DNA of 60,976 nucleotides, taken from Candidatus Woesearchaeota archaeon. Its GTDB lineage: Archaea > Nanobdellota > Nanobdellia > Woesearchaeales > DSVV01. Where the stretch lies: assembly GCA_018303325.1 (NCBI GenBank), contig JAGVYH010000003.1, positions 1 to 60,976 on the forward strand, written 5' to 3'. The position numbers and the translations under genes were made by a program. Under the pieces are notes generated by a model, which searched no databases, had not been told where the DNA came from, and saw only the letters and a list, made by a program, of their open reading frames with translations. Position 1 is the stretch's first letter, and each line of letters starts with the position of its first letter. This document shows positions 56,990 to 60,976 of the stretch, piece after piece.

Positions 56990-57231
56990 TTTATAAGCTG
57001 TAAAAGCGCAGAATTTGAAGGTTATAAAGCTTGAAGGTCTGAAAGCTCGAAGGTGCGCTTTAGGGGTCACACTTTCAAGCTGTCAAGCTTTCTAACCTTC
57101 AAGCTTCTAAATGCTGTCAAGCTTTCTAACTTTCAAACCATCTTACCATTTCTTCATGAACGTGTCCAATCAGGTAGGAAATAAAGAAATAAAACTAATG
57201 AACGGGCTGTGCCTATGAACGAAACAAAAAA
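56990..57231 (+). mobile_element. P element, copy P7 (TTGAAGGT/CTTCAAGC-type core, degenerate left end, duplicated right end)
   Basis: gaatttgaaggttataaagcttgaaggtctgaaagctcgaaggt ... ccttcaagcttc ... catgaacgtgtccaatcaggtaggaaataaa ... atgaacgggctgtgcctatgaacgaaacaaaaa. Confidence 0.55.
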
Positions 57232-57257
57232 TTCGATTTTATTAAATAATTTCAACT

Positions 57258-59201
57258 TCACACTTTCGTCTCAAAACTCAGAACTTCGCTGGAAACAACA
57301 CTGCCTTGCGCGTCAAGATAAACAACTTGGTAATAATATTTTTGGCTAGTTTTTAGGTTTTTAAGTATTAATTCATGTTGTGTTGTTTCTGTTAAATCAT
57401 AGGTAGTATCAGATAAATAACTTTGAACCTTTCCGTATTTAACTATACTTTTGGTAGCTATGTTTGTTGACCATGTTATTTTATAAGTAGTATAATCTAT
57501 TTTAATAGCTTCAACATTACTAAATTGTACCTTACTTGCTTCAGGGCTGGGTTGTGATGGTTGCTGCTGTGATGGTTGTGGTGTTTCTTTTGGCTTAGAT
57601 GGTTGAGGTTCAGGACTTGGCTGTGTCGGACTTTCTGGTGATAGTTCTGGTGTTGGCTTAATTTCAGGTTGCGGAGATGGAGGTGTCGGCAATAGTTCTT
57701 CTGGCAGCCATGTTTTTGGCGTTTCAGTAACTGGTGTTTCTGTTGGGGGCAATGTCTTTCCTTTTTCTCCGCCTATACCATACGTGTTTTGAAGAACAGA
57801 CAATTTCTGAAGATTGACACAGCTGTCTTTGTAAGTTGGATCTTTTATTTTTTCGCAGTTTGAATATTCACCATAACTCAAAGCAAAAGATAAGTAACAG
57901 CTGTCTTTCTTTTTGCTGTTAACTATGTCTTCGCAATACTTGCTTTGATTAGAATTCTTTGCCACATCTGTCACGCATTGGTCTATTGATGAGCTGATGC
58001 TGAGATCTTTGCACATCTGAACTGCTTTGTCAGGATTTTTCTTTGATGTTTCCTTTGCTTCCAAAAGTTTGTCGACAAAATTAACACCATCTGATGGCTT
58101 CTCTTCGCTTGGTGTTTCTGTTGAGGTATCTTCTGCTGCTGTTTTAGATGTTTCAGGTGTTTCAATCTCTCCTTCTGTTACTTCCTCTTCTTCGCATGGT
58201 ATCTTGCATATGCCTCCACAGTCCACTCCTTCCTCATCCTGATTTTTGGTGTTGTCAAAACAAGTTTCACATTGAGTGCAGACACCGCCGCAGTCAACAT
58301 TTATCTCATTCTGGTTTTGGACATTATCAAAACAGGATTCACACTCATTGCACTTTCCGCCGCAGTCTATTCCTTTTTCATCCTGATTTTTTATTCCGTC
58401 AAAACAGCTTGGTGCTTTTTCAGTCGAGAGAACTTTGAAACTGTTTGATGCTTTGTTCTGCGTCTCGCCATAATGAACAGTTCCAGAAAGAATATATCTG
58501 CCAGCAGGAGTATTTTTTGGTATAAGGACACTTTCCGGCTTGTCAACAACAACATCAATTGCAAATGTTTTGCTCCACGACGTTAATTCGTCAAGCGTAT
58601 CTTTGTTGATTATCTTAAACTCTATAAAAATATCATATCTGTTTTTATCGCCCATATTTGTGATTTTATTTGTGAAGTAAATCTTTTCACCAGGCCTAAT
58701 TTCCGGACTGTCAATCTGTATTGTATAATCTAATAGCTCAGGAGATGCTGGCAATTTAAAAAAAAGATAATATCCACCAGAAACGAAACCACCCAGAACA
58801 ATTAACAGCAGAAATATATGAAATATTGTTTTTGGGTGAATCTCTACAATGTGCCTTACATGTGATGGCTGCGCTGATTGGATTGCCTGCTCGATTATTC
58901 CTGCGTCATAACCTGATTGTATAAGATAATTTCGTATTGATTCTGTATCATATCCTTTTGCAAGATTGTCCTGTATGTATTTCACAAGCTGGGCATTTGC
59001 ATTTTGAGAATTGTTTGCACCTGAACTCCCTGCTGTTCCTGCGCCAAACTTTGTGAACGGCTGCTGCCTGACAAAGTCAATTGCCTCGTCGATATTATTG
59101 CTTTTAAAACCATATTTAAGAAGATAATCTTTAATCTGCTCAATAGTATAGCCTTGGCTGATATGCTCTCTGATGAATTTAACTATTGTTTCGTTGACCA
59201 T
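57258..59201 (-). CDS. membrane-anchored surface protein: duplicated N-terminal helical module, TM, three Cys-rich CFD..NQDE..DCGG.C..C modules, Pro/Thr/Ser/Gln linker, C-terminal FN3-like domain
   Basis: Duplicated module: IVKFIREHISQGYTIEQIKDYLLKYGF / LVKYIQDNLAKGYDTESIRNYLIQSGY. The CFDGIKNQDEKGIDCGGKC-type module occurs 3 times. C-terminal YKITWSTN...KYYYQV. ATG 59201 preferred, because upstream codons are P8 sequence. Confidence 0.7.
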   Translation of the reverse strand: MVNETIVKFIREHISQGYTIEQIKDYLLKYGFKSNNIDEAIDFVRQQPFTKFGAGTAGSSGANNSQNANAQLVKYIQDNLAKGYDTESIRNYLIQSGYDAGIIEQAIQSAQPSHVRHIVEIHPKTIFHIFLLLIVLGGFVSGGYYLFFKLPASPELLDYTIQIDSPEIRPGEKIYFTNKITNMGDKNRYDIFIEFKIINKDTLDELTSWSKTFAIDVVVDKPESVLIPKNTPAGRYILSGTVHYGETQNKASNSFKVLSTEKAPSCFDGIKNQDEKGIDCGGKCNECESCFDNVQNQNEINVDCGGVCTQCETCFDNTKNQDEEGVDCGGICKIPCEEEEVTEGEIETPETSKTAAEDTSTETPSEEKPSDGVNFVDKLLEAKETSKKNPDKAVQMCKDLSISSSIDQCVTDVAKNSNQSKYCEDIVNSKKKDSCYLSFALSYGEYSNCEKIKDPTYKDSCVNLQKLSVLQNTYGIGGEKGKTLPPTETPVTETPKTWLPEELLPTPPSPQPEIKPTPELSPESPTQPSPEPQPSKPKETPQPSQQQPSQPSPEASKVQFSNVEAIKIDYTTYKITWSTNIATKSIVKYGKVQSYLSDTTYDLTETTQHELILKNLKTSQKYYYQVVYLDAQGSVVSSEVLSFETKV

Positions 59202-59229
59202 GTTCCTCTTTTTTAATTGATTTTTTTTC

Positions 59230-59368
59230 GCACACAATTCGTTTGTGGGCGCAGCCACCGTCTTATAAAAAAGGTCAGATGGTTTGATGGCAGCGACTTA
59301 TTTCCGTCGTGCCGTTCGTAGTACCTTCAGACCATCAAACCATATTACCATCTTACCTTTTTTAGTGA
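59230..59368 (+). mobile_element. P element, copy P8 (both ends truncated)
   Basis: cacaattcgtttgtgggcgcagccaccgtcttataaaaa + a core near-identical to P4/P6 + ttttttagtgaat. Confidence 0.65.
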
Positions 59369-59526
59369 ATTTTCTATTTTTTTATATCTGTTTTCTATAT
59401 ATTTCTTTTGTGTGATTCACTCTATTCATCACTTCTTTTTTACAGTATCATCGGGATGTCTCCTTCAAATTTTCTCGTTCGGCTATCATTCGTTTTACTG
59501 CATCATTTGCTTGTCGTTCTTATCTA

Positions 59527-59618
59527 TACTAAAAGTGCAAAATAATCGAACATTATTTTGCACTTTTGTATATACAAAAGTGATTAATTTGTTCGAAAAT
59601 TAATCACTTTTAGTATAT
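59527..59618. repeat. F hairpins, copy F4 (two adjacent hairpins)
   Basis: aaaagtgcaaaataa-tcgaac-attattttgcactttt and aaaagtgattaattt-gttcgaaa-attaatcactttt. Confidence 0.6.
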
Positions 59619-59813
59619 GTTATCCTTATTTACAGTGCCATTTACAGTGCCATCACATAAGGCATAGTAGCCGGTTTTTGCAGCCCCAGTAAATTGGATA
59701 ATTTTTTTCTTAGTTAATTCCGTCAAATCCCTTCTGGCAGTTCTTAACGAAGCAGAGTTTAACTTAACATATTCTTTTGTTGTTATTCTTCCATTCTTAG
59801 CAATGTATTCCAA
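59610..59813 (-). CDS. small winged-helix DNA-binding protein (67 aa)
   Basis: GRITTKEYVKLNSASLRTARRDLTELTKKKIIQFTGAAKTGYYAL is wHTH-like. Overlaps the end of the AbiEii gene by 17 nt. Confidence 0.5.
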   Translation of the reverse strand: MEYIAKNGRITTKEYVKLNSASLRTARRDLTELTKKKIIQFTGAAKTGYYALCDGTVNGTVNKDNIY

Positions 59814-60582
59814 AGCTTTCTTTCTCTTTTTTGAGCTTAAATTCTTTTGCGAGTGTTTTCATAACTTCGTTAAATGTTATCTCTTCTGATAATAACGGAA
59901 TAAGATCTTCATCCCATCTTTTTTTAAGTTTTTTAGCTTGATTGAACATTTTTATGATATTAAACTCAACGCCAGAGCTATTGCATTTCTTTTTTACTAA
60001 TTCAAGATTGATAGGGATTCCTTTTTTTATTATCTTATACAAATCATAATGATCTCTCGGCTTATTTCTGCCGATTGCAGCTGCCATCTTCTCTGCAATC
60101 ATCTCTTCTTTTGCAAGTGTATTAAAAGAGAATTCTGGGATGCTTTCCTGGTAGAAATGCTTGATTATATGTTTTTCAGGTTTAGACAAGAGTGCTGCTC
60201 TTTTGTTTAGGTCAATGAATACATAACCCTCTTCGCCTTCAAAACCTTTATAATGAACAATAATTCTTGTAAAGCCTTCAACATCTTTGTCTTTTGTTAT
60301 CCGCTCAAAGAAATTGCTTTTATGTAAGATTTCATTTATATTCTTCTTTGTTTCTTCAATATCAGCAGTTATTGTAAAATCTACATCTTCACTAATCCTA
60401 GCGTGGTTCAGGATAATCTTTTGGATTGCCGTCCCGCCTTTAAAATAAATTCCATTTATATCTTTTAATAAATACAAAATTATGGTGATATAATAATCTT
60501 TAGTTAAAATTCTTTTAGCAAAAGGTAATTTTGATGCTATATCACTAAATTCTATACCTACCAGTTTCTTAATTTCAGCCAT
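59797..60582 (-). CDS. nucleotidyltransferase AbiEii/AbiGii-type toxin (DUF1814)
   Basis: YFKGGTAIQKI...ARISEDVDFT signature; size and position after an AbiEi-like gene. Confidence 0.75.
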   Translation of the reverse strand: MAEIKKLVGIEFSDIASKLPFAKRILTKDYYITIILYLLKDINGIYFKGGTAIQKIILNHARISEDVDFTITADIEETKKNINEILHKSNFFERITKDKDVEGFTRIIVHYKGFEGEEGYVFIDLNKRAALLSKPEKHIIKHFYQESIPEFSFNTLAKEEMIAEKMAAAIGRNKPRDHYDLYKIIKKGIPINLELVKKKCNSSGVEFNIIKMFNQAKKLKKRWDEDLIPLLSEEITFNEVMKTLAKEFKLKKEKESFGIHC

Positions 60583-60976
60583 TTTTTTGAATACTCCTTC
60601 TTCATTATATTAAACTGATTATTTGCAATGTTTTTTGTTACTGCTTTTCTTTCTATATCTTTCTTTGTTGTTCTATGAAACATAAACTTTGTGTTCAAAA
60701 TTGTCTTCTTACCTTGTCTTCTTGTTGTATAAATGTCTGTTCTCATTGGAACCTGCTCTGTTAAATGCCAGAAATTTGCTGCTGACCAACCGCCAATAAA
60801 ATAATCTTTGCCATTACAGATTTCATCAGCGATAATAAACGAGTCTTCTGTCCAAGAGCCAGATTTTGCCTTTATTGGCACAAGATAATATTTTGTTCTG
60901 TTAATTTTTATGATTCTTTTCTTTTTTATCAGGTTCTTGATTGTATTGTATCTCTGTGTTTTATTTTTTAAGAATT
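60558..60976 (-). CDS. AbiEi-type antitoxin/transcriptional regulator (5' end outside the window)
   Basis: The frame stays open to the window edge (..IKNLIKKKRIIKINRTKYYLVPIKAKSGSW..) and shows the AbiEi-like G.Y.L motif. C-terminal FIGGWSAANFWHLTEQ. Overlaps the AbiEii start. Confidence 0.65.
   Translation of the reverse strand, partial: FLKNKTQRYNTIKNLIKKKRIIKINRTKYYLVPIKAKSGSWTEDSFIIADEICNGKDYFIGGWSAANFWHLTEQVPMRTDIYTTRRQGKKTILNTKFMFHRTTKKDIERKAVTKNIANNQFNIMKKEYSKKWLKLRNW

Overview
AT-rich 61-kb window, most likely from a small-genome (DPANN-like) archaeon. Archaeal markers are Nop10 (53969..54139), a PAC2 proteasome-assembly chaperone (52862..53662), AAA/DUF4143 ATPase, MNT/HEPN pairs and two proteins with class III (archaeal type IV pilin-like, KRG/Q) signal peptides; GyrB is also present. 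No rRNA, tRNA, CRISPR array, transposase or reverse transcriptase was recognised.

Three blocks:
(1) 0.4-24 kb is accessory. It holds a secreted scavenging set (SNase nuclease, Tat/lipobox nucleoside phosphorylase, M20 peptidase, HExxH metalloprotease), a tandem Lrp/AsnC regulator plus radical-SAM enzyme, a full-length bacterial-type sigma-70 homolog next to a 34-aa-repeat (mTERF-like) protein, and four divergent paralogs. The paralogs share a conserved N-terminal handle (RGNHAWNTCDGGVRGL, then a TM helix). Three of them plus a 446-aa partner are bracketed by near-identical inverted hairpin-module repeats.
(2) 25-48 kb holds two parallel loci of giant surface proteins (771+1219, 1864, 508+1033 aa). 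Two of them are preceded by wHTH-nucleotidyltransferase/HEPN pairs. An L,D-transpeptidase follows.
(3) 50-61 kb is an informational-gene stretch ending in an AbiEi/AbiEii module.

The most unusual signal is non-coding: at least four families of structured repeats.
- T elements are MITEs with roughly 40-bp imperfect inverted arms (15-18 bp matching at the tips) and exact 8-bp target duplications.
- P elements have conserved ends and hypervariable hairpin cores built from tandem 7-8-nt units. They occupy six consecutive intergenic spacers, almost always in the same orientation just after a stop codon.
- H hairpin-module arrays include one copy that splits a gene.
- F hairpins have a conserved TTCGAA loop and covarying stems.

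A conserved upstream module with inverted TTTTTACGAAAA boxes links several secreted-protein genes and abuts the Lrp gene. All functional calls rest on motifs read by eye; no database search was possible.
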